Positions 10,805 through 20,258 of a stretch of 64,000 nt of DNA are shown in pieces. The position numbers were made by a program, and so were the translations under genes. The notes under the pieces are model-generated. The model searched no databases and was not told the origin of the DNA. It saw only the letters and a list, made by a program, of their open reading frames with translations. The DNA lies in the IMG/VR virus record IMGVR_UViG_2852743531_000003, positions 64,001 through 128,000 of that record; one strand, 5' to 3'. Position 1 is the first letter of the stretch; every line of letters starts with the position of its first letter. This stretch comes from a virus (taxonomy: Duplodnaviria > Caudoviricetes).

Positions 10805-12136
10805 ATGAGATTACGTGTGGGCTATCGATGGATCATTGCGGTAGTACTGTTTATTGCGTACAGCATCCAGTATCTCGATCGCGTGAAAAGCAGCGTCCTG
10901 AACCCGGCGATCGCGCACGACATCGGCCTCACCACGGCTGACATCGGAACCGGCGCATTCCTGATGCTGCTGTTCTACGGACCGGCGCAGTACGTGTCAG
11001 GGCTGCTGACTGACCGCTTCGGCGCAAAGAAGATGCTGATTTTTTCGGTGGTGGCGTGGTCGGTGATGACCATGTTCATGGGGCTGATCCAGACGCGCGA
11101 TGAATATCTGTGGCGGATGGCGTTATTCGGCGTACTGGTCGGCACGGAGTACGTGCCGTCGGCTCGCGTGCTGATGCGCTGGTTCAACAAGGAAGGGCGG
11201 GCCCGCGCGCAATCGGTGCTGGCCTGGGCGTGGATCCTGACGCCGGCATGGGCGAGTGTGCTCGCGACACAGTTTGCCGCACATGCGAACAGCTGGCGTA
11301 TCGTTTTCTTCGTCACCGGTGCGCTTGGTGTCGTCCCCCTGCTGATGATCATCCTGTTCGTGTACGATCGGCCAGAGCAGTATCGTCATGCAACCGAGGC
11401 CGACCTCGAATACGCGTACCGTGACGAGCTCGAGGCGGGCACGATCCGGCGTGGGGAATATGCGTCAGCGCAAAAGACGATCCTGAAGGCAAGTAGTGTC
11501 CGCTTCCTCGATTTGTTCAAGAATCCTACCTACGTCGCCGTCATCTTTGTCGATATCGTGATGCAGATCACGCTATATGGTGCACTGGTCTGGATTCCGC
11601 TTTATCTTTCCGACACCTTCGGCTTCAAGCTGCAGACGATGGGCTGGTGGAGCAGCCTGTATTTTGCGGCGGGCGCGATCGGCAGCTTCGTGTCGTCCTG
11701 GCTGTCGGACAAGGTCTTCAGGGGCAACCGGAAGATCATGATCCTCGTGTGCTTCATCGGTCTCGCACCGTTTGTCGTTCTGCTCGGCACGCTGCAGCAC
11801 GCGAATCACATGCTGCTTGCGGTGGCGCTGTGTGGCATGGGCTTCTTCGGCAACATGGCATGGGGGCCGTTCCTCGCGCTGCCGGCGGAGATTTTCACGC
11901 CTGAGGTCTACGGAAAGGCGATGGGCTTTGTGAACGGCGCCGGCTATTTCGTTGCCGCATTCTCGGCGAAAATCTTTGCCGCGCTGGTGATGGTCGATGC
12001 ACTGGGCCACAAGGACTACACCTACGGGTGGTACTTCATCGCACTTTGCGTGGTGGCCGGGATCGTGGCGGCCAGCAGGATCAGGTCGACGCGCAAACCG
12101 GATCAACGGGTGAAGCAGGTGGCGGCGAGTCTTTAG
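10805..12136 (+). CDS. MFS transporter (anion:cation symporter-like)
   Basis: 443 aa, about 12 hydrophobic segments, YLDRV and GLLTDRFGAKK motif A. Confidence 0.93.
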   Translation: MRLRVGYRWIIAVVLFIAYSIQYLDRVKSSVLNPAIAHDIGLTTADIGTGAFLMLLFYGPAQYVSGLLTDRFGAKKMLIFSVVAWSVMTMFMGLIQTRDEYLWRMALFGVLVGTEYVPSARVLMRWFNKEGRARAQSVLAWAWILTPAWASVLATQFAAHANSWRIVFFVTGALGVVPLLMIILFVYDRPEQYRHATEADLEYAYRDELEAGTIRRGEYASAQKTILKASSVRFLDLFKNPTYVAVIFVDIVMQITLYGALVWIPLYLSDTFGFKLQTMGWWSSLYFAAGAIGSFVSSWLSDKVFRGNRKIMILVCFIGLAPFVVLLGTLQHANHMLLAVALCGMGFFGNMAWGPFLALPAEIFTPEVYGKAMGFVNGAGYFVAAFSAKIFAALVMVDALGHKDYTYGWYFIALCVVAGIVAASRIRSTRKPDQRVKQVAASL

Positions 12137-12179
12137 CACATCAGCAGTACATCCGTATCTTCAACCGGCTGAGCGATAA

Positions 12180-12250
12180 AGCGGGTGAAGGGAATCGAAC
12201 CCTCATCGAGAGTCCGGCATGGCTCTACCCTATCCCTAGGCTACACCAGC
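12180..12250 (-). pseudogene. Degenerate tRNA-Gly-like sequence
   Basis: 71 nt GCTGGTGTAG...GAGGGTTCGATTCCCTTCACCCGCT; intact T-arm, 6/7 acceptor pairs, central GCC, poor D and anticodon arms, no CCA. Confidence 0.6.
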
Positions 12251-12292
12251 GGATGACCCCCGCTTAAGCATCCGCAATCGCGGAAGACCAAG

Positions 12293-12326
12293 AGGCCCAG
12301 CGATCCCACATCGCCGGGCCTTTTTT
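12293..12326 (+). terminator. Rho-independent terminator
   Basis: AGGCCCAGCGAT-CCCAC-ATCGCCGGGCCT hairpin followed by a T run. Confidence 0.75.
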
Positions 12327-12532
12327 CATGGCGCTCGCACGTGAAGCATGTCAGCTAACGCCATATGGCCCGCAGCATATCGGACTGGCTATCCCGATGT
12401 AATAGAAGAATGTCGAACCTTGCACGGATATCTGATCGTGCGCAGCGGTTTCAGATGTCATGCCATCTCCCAGGCTAACCGGCAGGCCCACCTCCCAAAT
12501 TCTATGTCCTGAACATCGCGCGAGGCCCGGTC

Positions 12533-13288
12533 ATGACCAACTATGTGCGCTTTGGCCTCACGGCACTGAACGGCATGAACAAATCGGGCACCCTCAAGCC
12601 CGACGCCAACGGCTACTATCCCGTGGTCCTCGGCGGGTTGAACATGTTCAACTCGGTCAACCAGTACTACCCCTACGAGCCGGCCAGGGAGTTTTTCGAG
12701 GGTTCCAGCCAGTTCATGCGGCGCGTGCATTCCGGCAACCTGCGCGGCGAATATGGTCATCCGCGACGTTTGCCTGGCCAGAACATCGAAGATTACGCCC
12801 GGCGCATTCTCGATATCGACGTCAACAACGTTTCGCATCATATTGCCGAAGTCACGCTCGATTTCGAAAACTACAAGGACCCCGAAGGTCGCAACATCAT
12901 CGCGATCCTCGGACAGGTCAAACCTTCCGGCCCCCAGGGCGCCCATCTGAAAAACTCGCTCGACAACCCGAAGGAGAACGTGTGCTTCTCGATACGCTCC
13001 TTCACGCTTGACGTGCCAGTCGGGCGCACCGTGCGGCGCGAGCTCAGGAACGTGGTGACGTGGGACTACGTCAACGAGCCGGGGCTTTTCATCGCGAGTA
13101 AATTCAATTCGCCCGCGCTCGAGGAAATTGACGAGGCAATGTTTTCCAGGCCGCAGCTGGATCGCGCAGTCGCTGCGGCAAACGCCACGAATATCGGCAT
13201 GGAATCAGCCCAGCTGACCCTGGACGATCTCTATCAGTCGCTTGGATGGCTCACCGAAACCGTCACCCCGCCGTGGCTCGGATGGTAA
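12533..13288 (+). CDS. Prohead maturation protease (phiKZ gp175 / T4 gp21-like)
   Basis: GEYGHP, NVSHHI, CFSIRS and TWDYVNEPG motifs; C-terminal ALE/GME candidate self-cleavage sites. Confidence 0.88.
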   Translation: MTNYVRFGLTALNGMNKSGTLKPDANGYYPVVLGGLNMFNSVNQYYPYEPAREFFEGSSQFMRRVHSGNLRGEYGHPRRLPGQNIEDYARRILDIDVNNVSHHIAEVTLDFENYKDPEGRNIIAILGQVKPSGPQGAHLKNSLDNPKENVCFSIRSFTLDVPVGRTVRRELRNVVTWDYVNEPGLFIASKFNSPALEEIDEAMFSRPQLDRAVAAANATNIGMESAQLTLDDLYQSLGWLTETVTPPWLGW

Positions 13289-13304
13289 CTATACTGAATT
13301 AAAT

Positions 13305-13334
13305 GGGGCTGGCGCAGCCGGCCCCTATGCCGTC
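13305..13334 (+). terminator. Hairpin + CTATGCCGTC element
   Basis: GGGGCTGGC-GCA-GCCGGCCCC running into CTATGCCGTC just after the protease stop. Confidence 0.6.
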
Positions 13335-13373
13335 CACCGTTCGCTCCACCCCGATTCAATCCAGTTTGAACCC

Positions 13374-13381
13374 TATATCAC
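13374..13381 (+). promoter_or_regulatory. TATATCAC putative phage early promoter core
   Basis: Motif recurs upstream of + strand phage operons; resembles the phiKZ early consensus TATATTAC. Confidence 0.5.
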
Positions 13382-13474
13382 TGCACTGAGCCGCAAGTGG
13401 AAATCTGGCATGGAAAATTCTTACCGCGCCGAAATTTCCTATGCAGTGAATTCTTTCCTTCAACTGGAACACGT

Positions 13475-14014
13475 ATGGACACCGTCACCGTAACCGAACA
13501 CGTTGAACCCGTATTCATTTTCAAGGCACAGGAATACCGGCTCGAGGCCCTCAAGGCACAACTGCCGCGCGCACCGCTGGTTGAAATCAGCACGGCGGAC
13601 CTCAATCCGCCGGGAGTCGGGGAAGGTCCGTTTCAGGTGCAGTTCTTTTCCGGTGCAATGGATGGTGCGGGCGAGGAGGTCACGTTCTTCAGGCAGGAGG
13701 GCAAATTCACCGTCCTGCTGGGTCAGTCATATGTCCAGGCGCCGCTCAAAGACGGGACCCGGCACGTGCGCGGCCGCATCATTTCAAGCCCTGCGCTCAA
13801 GCGCGCCAGAATCGGATCGCCTTTCATCGAAGGATCCGCGCAGGCGCTGCAGGAACCCGTGCGCGAGCCTGTCGCCGTTCAGACCCCGGCTAATCGCCGC
13901 AACACCGGTCTAGCACGCACTGAACCTCGGCGCTGGCACACGAACCCGCGTCCACGGAATGGCGCTGGCGCCCGCGGGCAATCCGCAACGTCACGCTATC
14001 GCAAGGGAGGCTAA
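13475..14014 (+). CDS. Hypothetical phage protein with basic C-terminal tail
   Basis: 179 aa from ATG 13475. Confidence 0.7.
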   Translation: MDTVTVTEHVEPVFIFKAQEYRLEALKAQLPRAPLVEISTADLNPPGVGEGPFQVQFFSGAMDGAGEEVTFFRQEGKFTVLLGQSYVQAPLKDGTRHVRGRIISSPALKRARIGSPFIEGSAQALQEPVREPVAVQTPANRRNTGLARTEPRRWHTNPRPRNGAGARGQSATSRYRKGG

Positions 14015-14105
14015 CCGGACCACTATCACGGCGCCCCATGTTCACCGCCTCAGGCCCGGACCGAATCCCGGCCAGCCCATCTCTTCATTACCAGGAAATC
14101 CAGCA

Positions 14106-14573
14106 ATGAGCACAACCACACTGAGCCCTGACAAGCATGCGACATCCGCCGCGATCAGGAAGGATCTGAAGGTCAACGAAAAGGGCAGGACCGAGGTGCC
14201 CGACGACCTCTACGAAAAGCACCTGCCAGACGGCATCACCATCGAGACCGTCAATCGTCTCCACGAGCACAATCGCACCTTCTTTCTTGCAAGCCTCGAA
14301 GCCTTCGGAGAAGTCTCCGAAAGCGCGCTGAAGAAGCACAAGGATATCGATCGCACGTCAATGCAGATCAACGCAGGCGATGGTGCGCGTTTTTCGGCGC
14401 AGTATGCCCGATCGGTCAAGCGGGCTGCGACCGGCGAGGATGGCAAGGTCGGCAGCGAAACGACCTACGGCGCGCTCACCGGCAAGTACGTAATCAAGGG
14501 CGGCAATGCGGACGACTACAACGCCGTCAAGGAGCGGTTTGCGAAGCAGGCAAAGAAGCTGTTCGCGGAATAG
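14106..14573 (+). CDS. Hypothetical phage protein
   Basis: 155 aa from ATG 14106 with AGGA RBS; strong codon bias; followed by a terminator. Confidence 0.8.
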   Translation: MSTTTLSPDKHATSAAIRKDLKVNEKGRTEVPDDLYEKHLPDGITIETVNRLHEHNRTFFLASLEAFGEVSESALKKHKDIDRTSMQINAGDGARFSAQYARSVKRAATGEDGKVGSETTYGALTGKYVIKGGNADDYNAVKERFAKQAKKLFAE

Positions 14574-14601
14574 ATCGCTACACGAGGGATCGCTACACGA
14601 G
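14573..14601. repeat. 14-bp tandem direct repeat
   Basis: GATCGCTACACGAG at 14573-14586 and 14588-14601. Confidence 0.85.
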
Positions 14602-14604
14602 TCT

Positions 14605-14640
14605 GGCGGGATGGGCTTTCCCATCCCGCCTTTCTTTTTG
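14605..14640 (+). terminator. Rho-independent terminator
   Basis: GGCGGGATGGG-CTTT-CCCATCCCGCC followed by TTTCTTTTT. Confidence 0.85.
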
Positions 14641-14697
14641 CCCTTCTTCTTTCCGACTCTCATAGCCGGATCTCGTCAATTTTCACCGGAGTCAACA

Positions 14698-15153
14698 ATG
14701 CCAGTCGTCGTCACAGGGGAGTTTTTCAAGAAGGATGTGCATGCGCCCATGCAGACGCATTGCCGCCTCGATGGCGGTCCCCGTCTAAAGCGCGCCGTGC
14801 GCGTCGTCCTGATACGCAAGGCCAATACGCAGCGCTGGGTGGGCCTCGTGTCGGATAGTCCGGCGCAGGTTGGGGTATCGGTCTCGAACGCCGCTCAGGA
14901 GTACATCGAGGCCGCCTGCAGGCTCCCGTCCCGGCCACTTTTCCCCACATCCGTCGCATGGTTTCAGCGAGACTCGCAAGGAAGCTTCGATCGGCTTCAG
15001 TATTCCGGCAATGGTGTCGGGTTCACGGAACTGCAGATGCCAAACGTTCCTGCGCGAAGCTATGAGGCGATGGCCGCGGCCTTCCAGCACGAAGGCATCG
15101 ATGCGGATAACGCGTACGTGTCTGAAGCAATTCGTTGGGCACTCACTGACTGA
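14698..15153 (+). CDS. Hypothetical protein
   Basis: 151 aa, GGAG RBS. Confidence 0.7.
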   Translation: MPVVVTGEFFKKDVHAPMQTHCRLDGGPRLKRAVRVVLIRKANTQRWVGLVSDSPAQVGVSVSNAAQEYIEAACRLPSRPLFPTSVAWFQRDSQGSFDRLQYSGNGVGFTELQMPNVPARSYEAMAAAFQHEGIDADNAYVSEAIRWALTD

Positions 15154-15203
15154 TCATGCTCGTTGACAGTGCGCCGCCATGCCTTGCTGGCATGGGAGTA
15201 GGC

Positions 15204-15422
15204 ATGACACAAAACATCCTCACCGTTCTCGCCATTCTTCTGTGGTGCCTGATCGGCACCGTACGTCTGAATCGCATCCCCCTTCTCTCCGACGCCCGTC
15301 TCTACGCCAGGTACCGTCACGGCCCAGCTATCAACCAGCTTGTGATCGTGATTGTTCTCATCGCGCTCTGGCCAGCAAGCAGGCCCATCAGCGCATGGTT
15401 GACGAGCCGGATATCTCATTAG
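15204..15422 (+). CDS. Small putative membrane protein
   Basis: 72 aa with two hydrophobic stretches; GGAG RBS. Confidence 0.5.
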   Translation: MTQNILTVLAILLWCLIGTVRLNRIPLLSDARLYARYRHGPAINQLVIVIVLIALWPASRPISAWLTSRISH

Positions 15423-15482
15423 CCTCGCGGCGACACAAGGCCGCGACTTCCCTTCTGCACCCATCCAAACAGGAAACATGCC

Positions 15483-15983
15483 ATGTCCATGCTCGACAGG
15501 AAAGAGGTGGATCAACTCTTCCTCGCGCACAGCACCTTCATCGTGCCGGCGGACGGCCGCGGCTCACACGCCGTCATGTCCGTCGACCAGTTTCACGCGG
15601 CAATCGCGCAACTTGAATCGTCACTGCAGGCACACCAGCCCGTGGCCCCCGAAGCTGCAGGTGTTGTGAAGCTGCCCGACGGCAGCGCCTGCGCAATCGT
15701 GAGTCTTCCGCTACCAAAGGACCACTGGCTTTACGCGCCACACACCTACTCCGCGAACAGGCCTGGCCACGAGCCTGACGAGTTACGCGAGCCGGTACTG
15801 GGACCGCAATACCGTGATGCTGTCGTGGCCGCTGCGCGCTATGCGGTTCGCGCTGCAACGATGTGCGGCCAAGAGCCCGATTTCGATCCTGACGCGCTCG
15901 TACGCAATACCGTCTGCGCGCTCTGTGGTCCATACGCTCACGGCTCGCTCGCCAGGGATGACCGCACGCCCTCATCCACCTGA
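15483..15983 (+). CDS. Hypothetical phage/plasmid accessory protein
   Basis: 166 aa, AGGA RBS; SLPLPKDHWLY and DFDPDALV segments. Confidence 0.7.
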   Translation: MSMLDRKEVDQLFLAHSTFIVPADGRGSHAVMSVDQFHAAIAQLESSLQAHQPVAPEAAGVVKLPDGSACAIVSLPLPKDHWLYAPHTYSANRPGHEPDELREPVLGPQYRDAVVAAARYAVRAATMCGQEPDFDPDALVRNTVCALCGPYAHGSLARDDRTPSST

Positions 15984-16038
15984 TCACAACGCACCGCGAA
16001 GCAGCCCTGGCCGGCTTTCCGATCCTTCACAAGGGCCT

Positions 16039-16494
16039 ATGCCATCCCACCTCGTCATCATGGCGTGTTCCGCAACCAAGGGCGTGGTCGCTGCACCCGC
16101 AGTTGATCTCTACCAGGGCGTGATGTATTCGACATTGCGTGCGAACATGCCTGCACGGCCACCGCCCATTCTCATCCTGTCGGCAAGGCACGGCTTCGTC
16201 CTGCCAGACCAGCTTATTGGGCCCTATGAACAGCGGATGACGGAGGCACGTGCCAGCGAAATGCTCGCAAACCTGCCCGCCTTCGACACGGTCCAGTGGC
16301 CCTCAGATCCGGGCTCAATACTGTTAGCCGGTGGAGCAGCCTACCGGCGCGTAATGCGGGCGGCTATCCAGCGCCGTGTCCATCTCGGCCTGATCCCGGC
16401 CACCGCAACGACGGTCGAGACGACGGGCAGCATTGGCTATCAGCGGGCGCAGCTAGGTGCGTATCTGAGGTCCATGGCAGCGGGCGACGCATGA
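16039..16494 (+). CDS. DUF6884/YaaA-like protein
   Basis: LVIMACSATK..PAVDLYQG..ILSARHGF..PYEQRMT..IGYQR pattern. Confidence 0.7.
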   Translation: MPSHLVIMACSATKGVVAAPAVDLYQGVMYSTLRANMPARPPPILILSARHGFVLPDQLIGPYEQRMTEARASEMLANLPAFDTVQWPSDPGSILLAGGAAYRRVMRAAIQRRVHLGLIPATATTVETTGSIGYQRAQLGAYLRSMAAGDA

Positions 16495-16564
16495 CATCCG
16501 ACCCTGCATTCTGCCGGTTACAAGGGCGCATCAAAATTTAATGTACCTCATTGAAAGACACCGC

Positions 16565-16837
16565 ATGAAAACCATCACCATGCCGGTCATCGCGACCTGC
16601 CACATCACCCGGGCAACCGACCGGCTTCTGCAGGACGAAGGCGACCGCAACCCATGGACCATTGCCGCACCGTATGACGAAGGCGTTTTCATTTACGTCC
16701 AGTCCGAAGATGGGGAAGGCCAACCCGCGGAACTGGGTGATATCTTTGCCTGGGCCCGCAGGCACGGCCACGAGTGGGTTTGCATCGACGCGGCCGGAGA
16801 CGTCGTCGACGGGCTTCCGTTGTACGACTGGGACTGA
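16565..16837 (+). CDS. DUF5983-like small protein of plasmids/phages
   Basis: ATCHIT...YDEGVFI...WARRHGHEWVCIDA..GLPLYDW pattern. Confidence 0.6.
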   Translation: MKTITMPVIATCHITRATDRLLQDEGDRNPWTIAAPYDEGVFIYVQSEDGEGQPAELGDIFAWARRHGHEWVCIDAAGDVVDGLPLYDWD

Positions 16838-16885
16838 CGCCAGGCGGGAAGCACGACAGGCACATCGTTTACAGATCATTTTCCA

Positions 16886-16940
16886 GACGGCATAGTGCCC
16901 TCCCCATTGGGGAGGGCACTGATCACCTTTCTTTTTTTCT
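16886..16940. terminator. Bidirectional terminator; hairpin + CTATGCCGTC on the - strand
   Basis: GACGGCATAG at 16886-95 overlaps AGTGCCCTCCCC-ATT-GGGGAGGGCACT; T-rich tract follows on the + strand; lies between convergent genes. Confidence 0.75.
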
Positions 16941-16958
16941 TAACCCCAACCACCGCAA

Positions 16959-17933
16959 TCAGGACGTCACTGCGCTGCTTGGCGGCGTATTGACCGCGGC
17001 GAGCGCCGCGGCCGCGAGCGCGGCCGTCACATCCTGTCCTGTGGGCAGCACCGAGGTCGGGCTAACCTGATTCGCCGCGATCTGCGCGATCTCGTTCTGG
17101 TAGCCGGTCGTCGTGGCAGCCACATCCGGGTTGATCGCGTTGATGAACGCGTTCTGCGTGTAGGGATTGGCGTTCACGATGCTGATCGAGCTGAGCACCT
17201 GCTGTGCGAACGCATCCACCCCCAGACTCCATTGCGCGATGCCCGAGTAGGTAATGTCGACTGTCAGGTTCTCGAGCGCACTGGCCTGATCGCGCGAGCC
17301 CAGGATGTCACCGGTGCCCGTCGGGTACATGTTGGTCACGAGCCACGACTTCACCACCCGCGTATGTGTCGGGTCAGGCTCCATGAACAGCATCGTCGCC
17401 GAGTACATGTCAGCGAGCATGTCCGGTGGCGGACTCATGCCCGTGATGCCAGAGAGCGTGGCAATATTCGCAAACTTGGTGTCAGGGTCCATCATGAGAT
17501 TCGTGATCCACCCCTGATGAAACATCGACACCGGCATGCCGTATTTCTCGTTCCAGCTGAACTGAGGCTGCGAACGCTCGCGTTTGACATCCGTGAAGTC
17601 CTGCTGCATGTTCCCGCCGCCACCGACTGGCGTCTCCGCCATCTCCACCGTCAGGTGTGCGTTCAGGCCTGTGATACGCAGCGCGTGCAGCTCCACGAGC
17701 GCGCGCAGGGTGCCGATCCATACGTCCGGATTTGGCAGGTAGCTGAAACCCAGCGGAGCCTCGACCAGAATGCAGATCAGGTTGCGCCGGACGTACTGCT
17801 GGTTGCTGACCCACTGAACGTAGTTCGGAACGAACCCCATCTGACCACCAAAGCGGGGATCAAGCATCGGGTTGTTATGACCTTGCGCGAAACCGAACTG
17901 GTTTTGCAGAATCGCATTTGCGACGCGCCCCAT
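16959..17933 (-). CDS. Tail tube protein (phiKZ gp30-like)
   Basis: 324 aa directly downstream of the sheath gene; GGQMG..YVRRNLICIL.EAP and LFMEPDP segments recalled from phiKZ-like tube proteins. Confidence 0.8.
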   Translation of the reverse strand: MGRVANAILQNQFGFAQGHNNPMLDPRFGGQMGFVPNYVQWVSNQQYVRRNLICILVEAPLGFSYLPNPDVWIGTLRALVELHALRITGLNAHLTVEMAETPVGGGGNMQQDFTDVKRERSQPQFSWNEKYGMPVSMFHQGWITNLMMDPDTKFANIATLSGITGMSPPPDMLADMYSATMLFMEPDPTHTRVVKSWLVTNMYPTGTGDILGSRDQASALENLTVDITYSGIAQWSLGVDAFAQQVLSSISIVNANPYTQNAFINAINPDVAATTTGYQNEIAQIAANQVSPTSVLPTGQDVTAALAAAALAAVNTPPSSAVTS

Positions 17934-18005
17934 GACCGTATCTCCCTTTGCTCAGCATTGCTTACCGTTGCAGACGCTTCCCCAACGGGGCGAACTGGCT
18001 TGCGC

Positions 18006-20111
18006 TCAGGTCGTCGCTGTCGATGACTGGTCCAGCCGCACGGACTGGATCACGATGGTGGCAACCGTCTTCATGCCGGCGGCCGCGATCTGCAGGATCG
18101 AGGTCCAGCTGTAGTTGCGCTGCGCGTCCATGCCGGTGATCGTCGTGGTCGGCGTGATCGTGAAGCGGTTATCGAAGATGTTCGCCACGCGCGTCGTGAT
18201 GAAGTTGTTCACGTTCTTGATGAGCTGCGCGTTGGTCATCGATGACACTCCGCTGAACTGACGGCGTGCGAGGTCGCCGATCTTCTCGAGCGTGCAGATG
18301 GCACTGACCGTGAAGAAGCTGTTGAGCACCGACGTGTCGTTGTCGTAGATCGTCTTGAGCGCAGGGAAATACGCCTGACGGCGCGCGCAGGCTTCGACTC
18401 CCACCATGCCGTTGGCCCAGTCCTGGTTGCGCGCGGTCGCACTCCAGAAGGTCACGTTGATGTTCGAGAAGAGGTTGATCTGCGAGCCCGGCTGCATGTC
18501 GAAGGCGTAGCCAGACTTCCACTTGCCGCTGCTCGCGCCCATGTAGGCCGCAGCCTTCGACGCAAGCTCGATGGTGAGTGGCAGCTGGCCGGTGTAGAGC
18601 GAGCCCGTGAGCGAGCCCGAGCCTGGCACCACCATGCCCCGTGCGCAGGGCGTGCCAAAGTAGTCCGACTCGGGGTACTGCTGCAGGAACGCCTTGAGCG
18701 CCACCGCCATGGACGATTCCTCGGAGGCAGTAAGCGGCGGCGAGAGCGTCGAATAGGTCGACAGCGTGATGAACGTGTCCGGCCGTTGCGAGATGAACTG
18801 CGCCAGCGCCTTCTTGGTGTCGATCGGAAAACCCGAGTCCCAGAAGTGGGAATACGGATACATCACCATTTCCTGGATCGGATCAGCCGCGTCCGCAAAG
18901 CGCGCGGCATCCTCTGCCACGAGCGCCGCAAAGCTTGCATCGTCCATCGTGCCGTCGCTGCCGCCCGATGCCCACAGCGTGCTCGCCTGCCCCAGATACG
19001 CCGCATCCGGGTCCGACGTGTTGAGCTGGAAAGTCGAATAGGGCGCTCCCTTCGACGAGACGCCGCTGACGAAGTTGAAAAGCCACTGCTCGCCATGCGC
19101 ACCGGTAAAGTCAGAAAACGAATTGATGGCCGCGGCCTCCGCCGCGTAGAACATCCCGATGAGCGTGGCGAGATTGTCGTCGTAGACGTGCAGGCTGCCG
19201 AACAGGCCGTAGACGTCAGCCGTGCCCGCCGGATTGTTCAGGTCCTGCCAGGCATTCAGGAAGATGTCCTGGATGGATATCTGCGCATCAAGGGCCGTAT
19301 CGATCGCGTTGGGCTTGAACGTGACGTCGAGATACGTCGAGCCGTTGATCATGCGCGTGAGCGTACCCGTGCTCGAAGCCGAGGCGCGTGTAACGCACGA
19401 GACACGAAACGGATAGACGAGATCGTCCTCGATGAAGTTCGAATTGGCCGGCGTTGAGGAATTCACCGTCGGCGCCCACAGGCGCAAGCCATCGTTGTTG
19501 CCATACGCGCCAAAGCTTGGCACCAGCAGGTCCATCACCGGATAGCGCTGCGACGTATCTGAACCCGAGGATTGATCACCAGCCAGAATCTGTGCCTCGC
19601 CATAGTCGCTTGACCCGTCGGGGCTGTACGTCACCGTCGACACAACCCATTTCGCGATATAGCCCGCAAGCGTTGAGCCCGCGCCCGTAACCGGAACAGG
19701 CGCACCGCTCTCACCCGTCATGAATGAGCCGTCGGTATTGCGCTGGTACTGCTGGATTTGTGCCGGGAGCACATCCAGGCACAGACGCAACGACGCGGGC
19801 GGATTCGCGTCTCCCGGTTGCAGGCGCCTCACCATGATCGCGTTGCCCTGGGCATTTACTGCATTGGCAAGCACTGTCGCGTGATTGGCCCACGGTTTGC
19901 GCAGATCGAATGAATCGGCGCCATACAGGTTGGTCAGATCGACACCCGACACGACTTCCTCGGTTGTCGGGCCCATCTGCGTGTACAGATAGATGTAAGG
20001 GAGGTGCTGGGGAATCTGCTCCGGGGCCGGGGTCACCTGCTGCGTACTGAGATCATCGGTACGCTGGAAGATGGTCATCGGAGCGCCATTGACAATCATG
20101 GCTGTTGTCAT
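18006..20111 (-). CDS. Contractile tail sheath protein (phiKZ gp29-like)
   Basis: 701 aa; PQHLP, GGSDG, WDSGFP, YPESDYFGTP and FPALKTIY..DTSVL segments. Confidence 0.88.
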   Translation of the reverse strand: MTTAMIVNGAPMTIFQRTDDLSTQQVTPAPEQIPQHLPYIYLYTQMGPTTEEVVSGVDLTNLYGADSFDLRKPWANHATVLANAVNAQGNAIMVRRLQPGDANPPASLRLCLDVLPAQIQQYQRNTDGSFMTGESGAPVPVTGAGSTLAGYIAKWVVSTVTYSPDGSSDYGEAQILAGDQSSGSDTSQRYPVMDLLVPSFGAYGNNDGLRLWAPTVNSSTPANSNFIEDDLVYPFRVSCVTRASASSTGTLTRMINGSTYLDVTFKPNAIDTALDAQISIQDIFLNAWQDLNNPAGTADVYGLFGSLHVYDDNLATLIGMFYAAEAAAINSFSDFTGAHGEQWLFNFVSGVSSKGAPYSTFQLNTSDPDAAYLGQASTLWASGGSDGTMDDASFAALVAEDAARFADAADPIQEMVMYPYSHFWDSGFPIDTKKALAQFISQRPDTFITLSTYSTLSPPLTASEESSMAVALKAFLQQYPESDYFGTPCARGMVVPGSGSLTGSLYTGQLPLTIELASKAAAYMGASSGKWKSGYAFDMQPGSQINLFSNINVTFWSATARNQDWANGMVGVEACARRQAYFPALKTIYDNDTSVLNSFFTVSAICTLEKIGDLARRQFSGVSSMTNAQLIKNVNNFITTRVANIFDNRFTITPTTTITGMDAQRNYSWTSILQIAAAGMKTVATIVIQSVRLDQSSTATT

Positions 20112-20129
20112 GGTTGTGATCCTGAAATG

Positions 20130-20172
20130 AAATGCTATGGCTGGAAAGCGATGCGGCGCATCATATAAATTT
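20130..20172. promoter_or_regulatory. Divergent putative late promoters (AAAT..TATG)
   Basis: + strand AAATGCTATG 20130-39 and - strand AAATTTATATG 20172-62, between divergent structural operons. Confidence 0.45.
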
Positions 20173-20258
20173 GTGCGCTTCGTAATCCTCAGTAATTCAC
20201 GCGATACGGCATCGCGGGTCACAGGGCGGGCCGTTTCTTCTGGACGAGGGCGTGGAGA

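Noticed and set aside
12180-12250. Functional tRNA-Gly
   Set aside because: The acceptor stem has a mismatch, the D and anticodon arms are irregular and there is no CCA. Kept only as a relic.
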